From a virus: a DNA stretch of 64,000 bases. Position 1 is the first letter of the stretch. Each line of letters starts with the position of its first letter. The position numbers were made by a program, and so were the translations under genes. Where the stretch lies: positions 21,459-85,458 of the IMG/VR virus record IMGVR_UViG_3300034190_002401; one strand, given 5' to 3'. Under the pieces are notes generated by a model that saw nothing but the letters and a program-made list of their open reading frames with translations, did not search any database and was not told the origin of the DNA. This document shows positions 37,730 through 46,153 of the stretch, piece by piece.

Positions 37730-37986
37730 GTGGAGCATCCATAGCACTGAACATAGTCAGGAAGCAATACAGGGAGATACGTGAGGCACTTGTTGGAGAT
37801 GGGATGTTTACCCACTCCGAAGTTTTGCAGAAAGCCTTTTCTGTATATGACGACAGTCAGGAACTGCTCAAGGTGCAGGACAGGCTAGCCAAGGCGGAGC
37901 AACTCATACACGAGTTGACTGGAGAGTCGGACAACTACTACTGGGATGGTGACGAGTACAGATTCCACTACGAGGTGACAACATGA
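37726..37986 (+). CDS. Hypothetical protein
   Basis: 86 aa, coupled. Confidence 0.65.
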   Translation: MSGASIALNIVRKQYREIREALVGDGMFTHSEVLQKAFSVYDDSQELLKVQDRLAKAEQLIHELTGESDNYYWDGDEYRFHYEVTT

Positions 37987-38492
37987 ACATATTCGTGTTG
38001 GATGAAGACCCAGCGAAGGCAGCACAGGCGATTGATTGTGTGCGAGTACCGAAGATGGTCACCGAGTCAGCACAGATGATGGCATCAGCCCTGCGTAGGT
38101 GGGGTGCTCCTGATGAACGGATGCCGTTGACGAAGGCTGGACGTCCATACAAGGGCGGGTACAAAAATCACCCATGCACAATTTTTGCGGGAGATACACG
38201 CACTAACTTCTTGTGGCTTGCGACACACGCCTTGGCTTTGTGTAGAGAGTATGAGCAACGCTTCCTCAAAGAACACGCATGTAAGCAACCAATCATACAC
38301 ATGATAGAATGGATAGAATACATCCCTGAAGGCGACCTTACTCCATTCGCTCAGGCCATGCCTGACGAGTTCAAACACGAGGATGCAGTACAGGCATACC
38401 GTCGCTACTACCACAGCAAGATACACAGTGCAGGTGGTGTGCATTACAGACACACAAGCCCGCCTGACTGGTGGATGGGGGTGACGGCATGA
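37983..38492 (+). CDS. Pyrimidine-dimer DNA glycosylase (T4 DenV-like family)
   Basis: MNIFVLDEDP...KMVTESAQ...HPCT...NFLWL...EY..RF...AYRRYY. Confidence 0.8.
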   Translation: MNIFVLDEDPAKAAQAIDCVRVPKMVTESAQMMASALRRWGAPDERMPLTKAGRPYKGGYKNHPCTIFAGDTRTNFLWLATHALALCREYEQRFLKEHACKQPIIHMIEWIEYIPEGDLTPFAQAMPDEFKHEDAVQAYRRYYHSKIHSAGGVHYRHTSPPDWWMGVTA

Positions 38493-38710
38493 ATAGTGGA
38501 ATGATTGGGGATACGGAGGTCCAGATGCATGCAATCTATGAGCATGTTTGGGCCATCGATATTATCGAACACACATCTGAGGACACGAAGGAGTTGGTCG
38601 AAGGATGGGAAGTCGAAGGATGGGAAGAGGCACTTGCATTGTACAATAAAAAGGTAGAGGAAATAGAAGAGGCACATGCAATGAACGAGAGCGAGGAGGT
38701 GACGGCGTGA
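38489..38710 (+). CDS. Small acidic hypothetical protein
   Basis: Glu-rich, coupled; start re-called. Confidence 0.6.
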   Translation: MNSGMIGDTEVQMHAIYEHVWAIDIIEHTSEDTKELVEGWEVEGWEEALALYNKKVEEIEEAHAMNESEEVTA

Positions 38711-39084
38711 GTAAGACACAGGTGTATTGGCACGCTAGTCCATACGAGAACCTAACAAGCATACTGGGCAACGGCATACAACCACGCTTCGGTGAGGTGT
38801 ACTGCTCGACTAACCTAGAGGCAAGTGCGAGGTGGATTTGCTTTACCAGACGAGATGCAGAAAAGGTTGTCCTGATTCCATTCACGGCTAACCCTGATGA
38901 CATGAGTCTGGGTATAGACCACTCGCCTATGATGACCAAGATGCTAGGCGTTCCTGACGAGGGTGCGTCGTATGTCTATGGTCAGACCGTGAACTTCAGG
39001 CAGATTGTGTTTGATGATATCAGAATTGTAGACAACCCCTTCTACAACAAGAACGTAAAGGAGATGATGCAAGGTGAGGAATAG
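38707..39084 (+). CDS. ADP-ribosyltransferase-fold protein (Tpt1/DarT-like N-terminus)
   Basis: YWHAS..ENLTSILGNGIQP...VYCST. Confidence 0.6.
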   Translation: MSKTQVYWHASPYENLTSILGNGIQPRFGEVYCSTNLEASARWICFTRRDAEKVVLIPFTANPDDMSLGIDHSPMMTKMLGVPDEGASYVYGQTVNFRQIVFDDIRIVDNPFYNKNVKEMMQGEE

Positions 39085-39196
39085 GCTCTCATGCAGATGG
39101 TGTGGGGCTAAGGTGCACTGGGGGCACGACCGAAGGGGAAAGTGCGATAGTTGTAGGCTTTCCCATTTAAAGGAACAAGAGAGGAGAGATGTATGA
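39074..39196 (+). CDS. 40-aa Zn-finger peptide
   Basis: MRNRLSCRWCG...KCDSCRLSHLKEQERRDV; fills the gap, ATGA-coupled to the next gene. Confidence 0.5.
   Translation: MRNRLSCRWCGAKVHWGHDRRGKCDSCRLSHLKEQERRDV
39156..39177 (+). promoter_or_regulatory. Viral early promoter, copy 5
   Basis: Perfect GGCTTTCCCATTTAAAGGAACA, TATA 21 nt before ATG 39193. Confidence 0.85.
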
Positions 39197-39813
39197 AACA
39201 AGCAGAACAGATGAAATGGACAGATGGTGTGGGTAAGGCACTCGCATCACTAGGAGCAGTAATAACGAAAGCGGAGAAGGCTCGCTATGATGATAGTGAG
39301 GAATACTTCAGTGACCCTGAGATAATGGTCATGGATATGAGGACAGGTTCGACCGTCATGGTACAGACAGAGCCACACACAGGTGGCAGGACACAGGGAC
39401 ATGGATACAGGAAGGAAGCCGGATGGGAGCAGAGGATACCGATGAAAGTGCCTTTGACCCTACAGAGGAACATCCTGTTGGACATGCTTGTGGGTATGCT
39501 AGTACCTGCGGATTCAGACACAGCAGGTCCACTGGGCAAAGCGGCATACACACGTATTGCTGAGGCACTGAAGGAAGGACTTGAGATGTCTATCAGCACT
39601 GACAAGGAATTGGCCAAGCACTGGAAGGACAAGTATGCGAAGCATGCTAAACTGGTGGATGAGATATCATCACAAATCAATGATTTGACTATGACCAAGA
39701 TGTCAGGCAGACAACAGATACGTGTTGAAGCCGTACCTGTGACCAATGCAATTCTTAACCCTGAACTCGTAGGAGAGAGCATCTCAACACAAGAGGCAGA
39801 GGTGATTCAATGA
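39193..39813 (+). CDS. Hypothetical protein
   Basis: 206 aa after the promoter. Confidence 0.75.
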   Translation: MKQAEQMKWTDGVGKALASLGAVITKAEKARYDDSEEYFSDPEIMVMDMRTGSTVMVQTEPHTGGRTQGHGYRKEAGWEQRIPMKVPLTLQRNILLDMLVGMLVPADSDTAGPLGKAAYTRIAEALKEGLEMSISTDKELAKHWKDKYAKHAKLVDEISSQINDLTMTKMSGRQQIRVEAVPVTNAILNPELVGESISTQEAEVIQ

Positions 39814-40073
39814 ATGAGATAAGATTGTCAAAGGACATGAAGTCTATGTTGCTACATCTAGTGGGCTTCGATGATACGCCTAAGAGAATGGCAGGTCAAA
39901 TACACAATGAGTTTTGTGATAAACCAACAGAGTTGCCAGACTCTAAACTTGTGAAAGATACCATACGACTTTTGAAACACTGTGGTGACTTTTGGGGAGT
40001 AGATTTGGTTGAGCCTTTCATAACACACTTGAACGAGATGATGGAATGGGCAGACGTGAAGGTGGAAGTATGA
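39810..40073 (+). CDS. Hypothetical protein
   Basis: 87 aa, coupled. Confidence 0.65.
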   Translation: MNEIRLSKDMKSMLLHLVGFDDTPKRMAGQIHNEFCDKPTELPDSKLVKDTIRLLKHCGDFWGVDLVEPFITHLNEMMEWADVKVEV

Positions 40074-40645
40074 TTACGACTCAGAACATATACGACATAC
40101 TCCATGGTGTTGCAGAAAAGGTGAACGACACACCAATACCCGAAGAGGCTATGTCTTACACTAGGATGAGGAACAAAGCCAAGGAACGCATACACAATGA
40201 GGCACATGACACTGCTCACATGCATTCCATGTACGTTTTGGATTCGGTCATGTTGAACCAAGTCGATACTATGGATGACATAGGTTGGGAGATTCTCTAC
40301 AGCAACGTAAGTGAGAGGGAGAACATACCCCTGTCATTTGCACGTGGCCTTTCCTACAATCTGAACCCTGACCCGATGGTCAAGAAGTTGTATTGCAAGG
40401 TGGATAAAGAAAGCATAGAAGACAATCAGAGGATTTTGATTGGTATTGTATTCGATGGTGTCAAGAATGGATTCTGGGAGTTGGATGATGCGAGGTCATT
40501 CGCAGACAAGAAATGCCCAGACATACCGTACTTTGACAAGGATGAGTGGGTGAAGACACTCTCACAGATGATGGGCGGTCATGTTATAGAAGACCTTATT
40601 GACACAGATATCCCAGAGGGTGGTGACGATGTCTACCTATTCTAA
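40070..40645 (+). CDS. Hypothetical protein
   Basis: Start re-called at ATG 40070. Confidence 0.7.
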   Translation: MITTQNIYDILHGVAEKVNDTPIPEEAMSYTRMRNKAKERIHNEAHDTAHMHSMYVLDSVMLNQVDTMDDIGWEILYSNVSERENIPLSFARGLSYNLNPDPMVKKLYCKVDKESIEDNQRILIGIVFDGVKNGFWELDDARSFADKKCPDIPYFDKDEWVKTLSQMMGGHVIEDLIDTDIPEGGDDVYLF

Positions 40646-40663
40646 TTTACATTCCTTGATTGC

Positions 40664-40745
40664 TGTAGTCTCGTGGTGGCGGGGGCTACAAAAAGCAGTC
40701 ATCGGAAGTTTCGTTTGTGTTTTATACATCCCTACCGTCACCACC
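40664..40745 (+). ncRNA. Putative structured RNA element
   Basis: GTGGTGGCGG (40673-82) pairs with CCGTCACCAC (40735-44); TGTAGTC (40664-70) pairs with GGCTACA (40684-90). Confidence 0.35.
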
Positions 40746-40765
40746 AAAACACATGGATGTGATGC

Positions 40766-41077
40766 ATGATGGCTGAGAAGTATGTTGAACACACGTTGAC
40801 TACGAAGTCGTTTCTCCCCTATGGTAAGTTCATCAATCACATGGGAGAGATAGCCGAACTGTGTGAGGAAGTCATGTACATCACCTACAATGGTGAGGAA
40901 CGTGAAGTGCTTCTGGCTATGCCCGCTAAACCAGTTTTGGAATGCTGTCCATTGTGTAAGGGTAAAATACATGATGGGAGTGTGGTGGTAATTACCGACT
41001 CGCACAGTCTATTCCCATGTTGGGAATGCGAGCAGTTGGTGGAACAGGAAAACACAGGAGATGCAATAGATGAGTGA
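40766..41077 (+). CDS. Zn-binding hypothetical protein
   Basis: CPLC...CWEC. Confidence 0.65.
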   Translation: MMAEKYVEHTLTTKSFLPYGKFINHMGEIAELCEEVMYITYNGEEREVLLAMPAKPVLECCPLCKGKIHDGSVVVITDSHSLFPCWECEQLVEQENTGDAIDE

Positions 41078-41792
41078 GTTTGAAATAAATGAAGAGATGA
41101 AGACATGGGCGAAGAACCATTTCGATAACATGGGTATCGGTGGTGTGTGGAGTCCAGAAGGAACGGGACTGACATACCAGAAGGTGACAGACGACAGTTG
41201 GAAGGTGATTCGTATGATGAATCATCCTACAGTTCAGGAGAACCACATGAGGTTCTCTACAATCATGATGAGTGTTGGGATAAACATGGTCATGGGCGAT
41301 GAGGTGGCATACGACCCACCTGCATCATCTGAGGAAGCCTATGCACAGGAGACAGCACACAGGATGGAGATAGCGAAGTCTTGGGCGTGTTCTGAATGTG
41401 GACACAAACTAGCCGAACTGGATTTGGAGACGGCTCGCCCTAGTTTCGAGGGGGAACAGGAGATTCTACTTGAAGATGGCAACACACATGAGGTTGAGGT
41501 ATGGGCCTATGGTCTGTCATGCTCATGCGGTCATGTCACTAAGATAGACCCTGATGACTTCCATCTACTAGCAGGTGACTATCTGTTCATGAGGTATGTC
41601 AACAGCGAGGGAACTCTAAGACAATGTATGACTAGGAAGCAGATGGTCGAGATGGCTGACGCTGAGAATCCTGAGTTAGGTGTAGTGCTTGGGAGCAAAG
41701 ACCCAGACACAGGAGAGCGTGTTCCCTCATGGATGTGGGGTACGTACTGCATGAGTGTTGAGAGATGGGGACTGACTGACGAGGAGGAGTGA
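41070..41792 (+). CDS. Hypothetical protein with a Zn ribbon
   Basis: CSECG...CSCG. Confidence 0.75.
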   Translation: MSEFEINEEMKTWAKNHFDNMGIGGVWSPEGTGLTYQKVTDDSWKVIRMMNHPTVQENHMRFSTIMMSVGINMVMGDEVAYDPPASSEEAYAQETAHRMEIAKSWACSECGHKLAELDLETARPSFEGEQEILLEDGNTHEVEVWAYGLSCSCGHVTKIDPDDFHLLAGDYLFMRYVNSEGTLRQCMTRKQMVEMADAENPELGVVLGSKDPDTGERVPSWMWGTYCMSVERWGLTDEEE

Positions 41793-42073
41793 AGATGGGC
41801 GAAGAGCACGTCTGGCGTTCAGTGAGCATGGAAGGCAAGTGGAAGGATGGCAAGGGAGACGTTGCTGTCAGGCGTGTTGATTACTATGACAAGGTCTGGT
41901 TGGATTTCAGAATCATGAATGTTCAAGATGGTAAGAACCAACACACACGACACGGAGTCAGACTCACAGCAGAGCAAGTGAAGGAACTCATACCCAGACT
42001 TGTTGACTTCATCAATGAGTATGAAGACCAGAAAGAACAACAGGAAAGACAGCCCGAAAAAAATGTGGCTTAG
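41789..42073 (+). CDS. PC4/YdbC-family ssDNA-binding protein
   Basis: WLDFRI...HTRHGVRLTAEQVKEL. Confidence 0.75.
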   Translation: MKMGEEHVWRSVSMEGKWKDGKGDVAVRRVDYYDKVWLDFRIMNVQDGKNQHTRHGVRLTAEQVKELIPRLVDFINEYEDQKEQQERQPEKNVA

Positions 42074-42133
42074 GTTATCCTGTTAGAAATGAAAGTGAAA
42101 ACCCTGAGAGTATATGAACTAAGCAAACTACAG

Positions 42134-42148
42134 TTATAAGGCAACAAC
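42134..42148 (+). promoter_or_regulatory. Promoter variant TTATAAGGCAACAAC
   Basis: Intergenic, TATA about 25 nt before ATG 42165. Confidence 0.5.
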
Positions 42149-42164
42149 AAAATGAAAAGGAGAG

Positions 42165-42404
42165 ATGAAAGTGAAAGAAGAAAGAGCAACAAGTGTATCT
42201 CATGTTGAGTTTGAGATATTGAATGAATTAATCGAGACTGTAGACCTAGAGTCTCTGAAGCAGATTATGGTTGACGACAAGGTGACAGGCAAGCGTTGGG
42301 ACTCAGGTGCAAAGAACGTGCTCCTGTTGCTTGAGAACATGAAGGATAGGAGGCGACATAGATTGAAGCCTGACCATCCTGACTACAGGGGGAAGGAGAA
42401 ATGA
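42165..42404 (+). CDS. Hypothetical protein
   Basis: 79 aa with a GGAG RBS. Confidence 0.7.
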   Translation: MKVKEERATSVSHVEFEILNELIETVDLESLKQIMVDDKVTGKRWDSGAKNVLLLLENMKDRRRHRLKPDHPDYRGKEK

Positions 42405-42703
42405 TTCACTTCCGTATATTAGACAAGACGCTTTGCGGTGCTGACTACAAAGAGCCTAGCAAGAAAGTAGCGAAGGATGGTAGATTCTGTGATGAATGCA
42501 TACAGGTAATGTGGCAAGAGCAGTACAGGCGAAACACACTCATGCCATATGTCAGAAAGGCTAGCAAGAACAAACCGAAAGTAGAACCTGTTGAGGAGCA
42601 TGTAGTTGAGGAGATAACAACAAAAGGAAGTGGTTTGTTTTTGGCCGATTATAGGCTTTCCCATTTAAAGGAACAACATAGGAGAGGTGTGAAAACAGTA
42701 TGA
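42401..42703 (+). CDS. Hypothetical Zn-binding protein
   Basis: H...TLCG...CDEC. Confidence 0.65.
   Translation: MIHFRILDKTLCGADYKEPSKKVAKDGRFCDECIQVMWQEQYRRNTLMPYVRKASKNKPKVEPVEEHVVEEITTKGSGLFLADYRLSHLKEQHRRGVKTV
42654..42675 (+). promoter_or_regulatory. Viral early promoter, copy 6
   Basis: Perfect 22-mer. Confidence 0.8.
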
Positions 42704-43011
42704 TGAGTGAAAGAGAACAAGATGAAAGAGATGAATACAGGGCAGACGCTGCGTGGGAAGCCGCACAGGAAGATAGGTACTGGAACTGCGAGCATGAGAA
42801 CTGGTCTATTACAGACGAGGGTATCGTGGATGTCGAGAGTTGGAAGAACGGCAAGAAGTTGGATGAACCAATAGCGTGCATCGAAGTAGAGTGTGATGAC
42901 TGTGGTAGAACCAACTACCTGAGAGTACACTACAGCAGAATCCTAGAACTCCTGAGAGGAGTGGATTGGAGCAACGATGGTATAGACGAGGATGGGTGGT
43001 CTGAATGTTAA
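42700..43011 (+). CDS. Acidic hypothetical protein
   Basis: CEH...CDDC. Confidence 0.65.
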   Translation: MMSEREQDERDEYRADAAWEAAQEDRYWNCEHENWSITDEGIVDVESWKNGKKLDEPIACIEVECDDCGRTNYLRVHYSRILELLRGVDWSNDGIDEDGWSEC

Positions 43012-43262
43012 GTGAAGAGCAGAGCAGACTGAACATAGGTAGGACGATAATCAAGGCGATAGAGGAGCATGATGAGAAGTTCTACGAGGAGTACATCGAG
43101 AAGTACACTGAGTACCCCGATGAAGAGGCTGACAAGTACTACGATGGTACTGCTAACTACGATGACGACGTAGACATAGCAGAGATGAATGCAATCATCG
43201 ACATACTACACTACGTAGTCACCAACCATCACCCACACAAGGTAGGAGGTGTGGAAGAATGA
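43005..43262 (+). CDS. Acidic hypothetical protein
   Basis: D/E/Y-rich, 85 aa. Confidence 0.65.
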   Translation: MLSEEQSRLNIGRTIIKAIEEHDEKFYEEYIEKYTEYPDEEADKYYDGTANYDDDVDIAEMNAIIDILHYVVTNHHPHKVGGVEE

Positions 43263-43396
43263 GAGCGGGGAAGTTCGATAGACACGAGTCAGCAGTCGAG
43301 CGTAAACTCGACCGCATCATACAACTGTTGGAAGCACACTTGAAAATACTGACAGCCTTTTCTGTGGCTGAGATGTTATTGGAGGATGAGGAATGA
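43259..43396 (+). CDS. Hypothetical 45-aa protein
   Basis: Below the cutoff; ATGA-coupled on both sides. Confidence 0.55.
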   Translation: MRAGKFDRHESAVERKLDRIIQLLEAHLKILTAFSVAEMLLEDEE

Positions 43397-43605
43397 ATCA
43401 CGTGAGTATTGAAACCACATCAGGTAATACAAGCATCAGACTGTCTGATGTGTCGGCAGTCACACATACAGTCGAATCGAAGTATCTGAAGAAACATGCA
43501 ATATTGGACATTCACATGTCTAATGGTACGATATTTACAACCAAACCTATGAAGGTAGAAGAGGCTATCCTCTTTCAGAATCAGGTATGGAGTGGTGAAA
43601 GATGA
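43393..43605 (+). CDS. Hypothetical protein
   Basis: 70 aa, coupled. Confidence 0.65.
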   Translation: MNHVSIETTSGNTSIRLSDVSAVTHTVESKYLKKHAILDIHMSNGTIFTTKPMKVEEAILFQNQVWSGER

Positions 43606-43934
43606 TTGAAGACAAGATAAGGCAGATTGAGGAACAGGCAAGACAGATGATTGAGGAAGGTCAGAAACTGGCTAACCTGAAAGACACACTACAGAAGTTG
43701 GAGCAGTGTATGCAAAGCGGTCACGTGTGGCAACTAGGTATGGGTAACACATCAGAACTGTCACCTAATGGTGGAGTGCAAGGCAACATATCCGACGTGT
43801 TCGAGATACCACTGTATTGCACCAACTGCGGAGCGAGAGTCGTGATGAAGGATAGTGATGGGGCAGATGTGTACTACGCTATGGGCAACAAGGTAAGCGA
43901 GTTGCTTAGGAGTGATGATGATGAACAGGAGTGA
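43602..43934 (+). CDS. Hypothetical protein
   Basis: Coiled coil plus C..H..CTNC. Confidence 0.65.
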   Translation: MIEDKIRQIEEQARQMIEEGQKLANLKDTLQKLEQCMQSGHVWQLGMGNTSELSPNGGVQGNISDVFEIPLYCTNCGARVVMKDSDGADVYYAMGNKVSELLRSDDDEQE

Positions 43935-44308
43935 TGGAGATGGCAAACGAAGGTGGGAAACCAGAGCAGGTAATCGGTAAGTCTGAGATAGTCAAGCAGA
44001 CATACGAGACGCATGTTGATGATGGGAAGAAGAAGATTGCGTCTTCACTCGAACTACCACTGAAGGTGATTGTTCTCGCTGAGGTACTACAGAGAGAGGT
44101 GCAGAAGCATCCCCATTGGGATTGTAGGAGAACACCACACGCACTGTTCGTTGATTGCATATACATCGTATGCAAGAAGATTGGAGTCAAGGTGACATCC
44201 AGAGGGATAGCCACCAAGACCAAAGAGGCTCTGGGAGTAGGCACTCAACCGAGACCCAGAGAATGGTCGTCACAGTTTCAACAATTGATAGACAAGGTGT
44301 TGGGATGA
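43931..44308 (+). CDS. Single-repeat TFB/TFIIB cyclin-fold-like protein
   Basis: IASSLELP..V...A...RRTPHALFVDCIYIVCKKIGVKVTSRGIA resembles a TFB core repeat. Confidence 0.55.
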   Translation: MMEMANEGGKPEQVIGKSEIVKQTYETHVDDGKKKIASSLELPLKVIVLAEVLQREVQKHPHWDCRRTPHALFVDCIYIVCKKIGVKVTSRGIATKTKEALGVGTQPRPREWSSQFQQLIDKVLG

Positions 44309-45714
44309 ACTTCCTGAAGGCCTCTAGACTATACGAGTCACTGAGGCAGGGGAGCAACAAGAGAGAAGTGCTCTCGAAGATAGAGGATGAAAACTCCGCC
44401 CAAGATTTTTACAGACTGCTTTATCCACAGAAGGCACTACTGACGAAGAACGGACTAGCATCGCTTTTCGCTGAAGAGGTAGGTGTGTTCATTGATGTGG
44501 TTATGGATGTGTTAGGTGAGAACGACCTAGCACTCACACTCGCACAGGAGAGCAACGCCAGCACGTCACAAGGCTGGTCAGTCAAGGATGCGTTCAGGAT
44601 GATGGAGAGCCTATCTATGAATGCAGTCGAGGTGCTAGACACAGCACACAAGATGGATGAGATTGAAGCCAGACTGTTCTGGAGTCATGTCTTGGCCAAC
44701 AAGCCTCCAATCACATCACGAGCATTCGTGATACACTTAGGCATCAGCAGAGGCATCCACGCTGATGTGATGAAGAGACATGCGTCTCTGAAGGATGCCA
44801 CAGAACTTATTCATTTGATATTCCAAGACCCTCAGGGTCTAGACATACCAGACAGGTGGTATGAAGAACCTAATCTGGCTCTATCACCTAGGAGGTATCT
44901 ACCCTTTCATCCACATGATTCAATGGAGAAACTTGAGGAGTTTAATTACTCTCGATACCAAAGAATACCCAACAAGGGTTCGACAAAGATGTTGTATGTG
45001 ATTAGAGAGCAGGATGGAGTTCGCTTCGTCTGGAGAGACAGGAGTGGGAAGATTGTGTCCAACGGGCAAGCACCTGACTCGTCGTGGCTTCCAGACACTC
45101 CTATGATATTGGAGACGGTGACTGATGGCAATAACATACATGTGTTCGATGCTATCTTTCCAAGATACCACACTCTCACTCTTGAAGAGAGACTGGCTAA
45201 ACTACAGGAGCATACGAAAGACACACCTATCATTGTACACCAACCAACACGTATAGATAGTATGGTTGACCTAATTAGCAGTCTCAAAGATGATGAGGCT
45301 ATAAGATTCCCAGAAATAGGTGAATACAAACCACTGGAGAGTGGTGGCTACGTTATGATGTCATCTCTATCCAAGATGATTCTGAGACTACATTCTGTGA
45401 GAAATATACAGGACACCTTGTCTGTAAGACTCTCATGTGTTGATGGTTATGATGACTTCATAGTGGTTGGTGAGGTCGATGTAGTCAGTGATGTGAAGAA
45501 CACTATACGAGGTATGGTAGACAGGCTATGCACTATCATGCCCAGCAAAGACTGGGAAGACATACCAGACGAGATTATCATACCGATAGAGGCGGTTGTT
45601 CCCAGTATATTGAAAAACCCACTGTCAATCCCAGACGCCCTTGTCGTCTCAGCAAGAGATGATTTGGGTATGAGTGACGTGACTCAATACGTCGATTTCA
45701 TACATGCGAGTTGA
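44305..45714 (+). CDS. Degenerate ATP-dependent DNA ligase-like protein
   Basis: Ligase-DBD-like N-terminus MNFLKASRLYESL; RDRSGK, HVFDAIF and LTLEERLAKL; no KxDG. Start re-called at ATG 44305. Confidence 0.6.
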   Translation: MNFLKASRLYESLRQGSNKREVLSKIEDENSAQDFYRLLYPQKALLTKNGLASLFAEEVGVFIDVVMDVLGENDLALTLAQESNASTSQGWSVKDAFRMMESLSMNAVEVLDTAHKMDEIEARLFWSHVLANKPPITSRAFVIHLGISRGIHADVMKRHASLKDATELIHLIFQDPQGLDIPDRWYEEPNLALSPRRYLPFHPHDSMEKLEEFNYSRYQRIPNKGSTKMLYVIREQDGVRFVWRDRSGKIVSNGQAPDSSWLPDTPMILETVTDGNNIHVFDAIFPRYHTLTLEERLAKLQEHTKDTPIIVHQPTRIDSMVDLISSLKDDEAIRFPEIGEYKPLESGGYVMMSSLSKMILRLHSVRNIQDTLSVRLSCVDGYDDFIVVGEVDVVSDVKNTIRGMVDRLCTIMPSKDWEDIPDEIIIPIEAVVPSILKNPLSIPDALVVSARDDLGMSDVTQYVDFIHAS

Positions 45715-46153
45715 TACAATGACATTACATCCTGATAATTTCTGGTTTGGTTTAGGCTTCCTCTGTGCTGATTTGAAGTTCAACTTCAGCATCCAGAAGA
45801 GTGCCTCATCCGCAAATGGATTCAGGGTACTGCGTTCTATTTCGTTTCGCTCATATATAAAGCAACAACAAAGTAAAAGCGAAAATGGTTTTCTTTTTCT
45901 GAACGAGGTATTGGAGAAGTTCGGATTACCTTTTGATGAGAGAGTGACCAAGCAGAAGGACATAGAGAAGTGGATGACTATGATTGCTCACTTCAAGTTA
46001 GAGGACAGGCTACTAGACAGAGATGGCTATCTATCTCTGAAGTGGGTGCTGGACAACCCACCACCAAAAGAATATGAGACCTTCGTAGAATGGGTCAAAA
46101 ATGCAGATGAGAGGCTTTCCCATTTAAAGGAACAAGAGAGGAATAGTGTATGA
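45704..46153 (+). CDS. Hypothetical protein, possibly a degenerate LAGLIDADG fold
   Basis: FGLGFLCADLKFNFSIQK...GFRV. Confidence 0.55.
   Translation: MRVDTMTLHPDNFWFGLGFLCADLKFNFSIQKSASSANGFRVLRSISFRSYIKQQQSKSENGFLFLNEVLEKFGLPFDERVTKQKDIEKWMTMIAHFKLEDRLLDRDGYLSLKWVLDNPPPKEYETFVEWVKNADERLSHLKEQERNSV
46113..46134 (+). promoter_or_regulatory. Viral early promoter, copy 7 (replication operon)
   Basis: Perfect 22-mer, TATA 21 nt before ATG 46150. Confidence 0.85.

Noticed and set aside
31855-46134. LSHLKEQ as a shared protein motif
   Set aside because: It is a by-product of the DNA promoter motif, which also occurs intergenically and in another frame (PFKGT in the SNF2 helicase).
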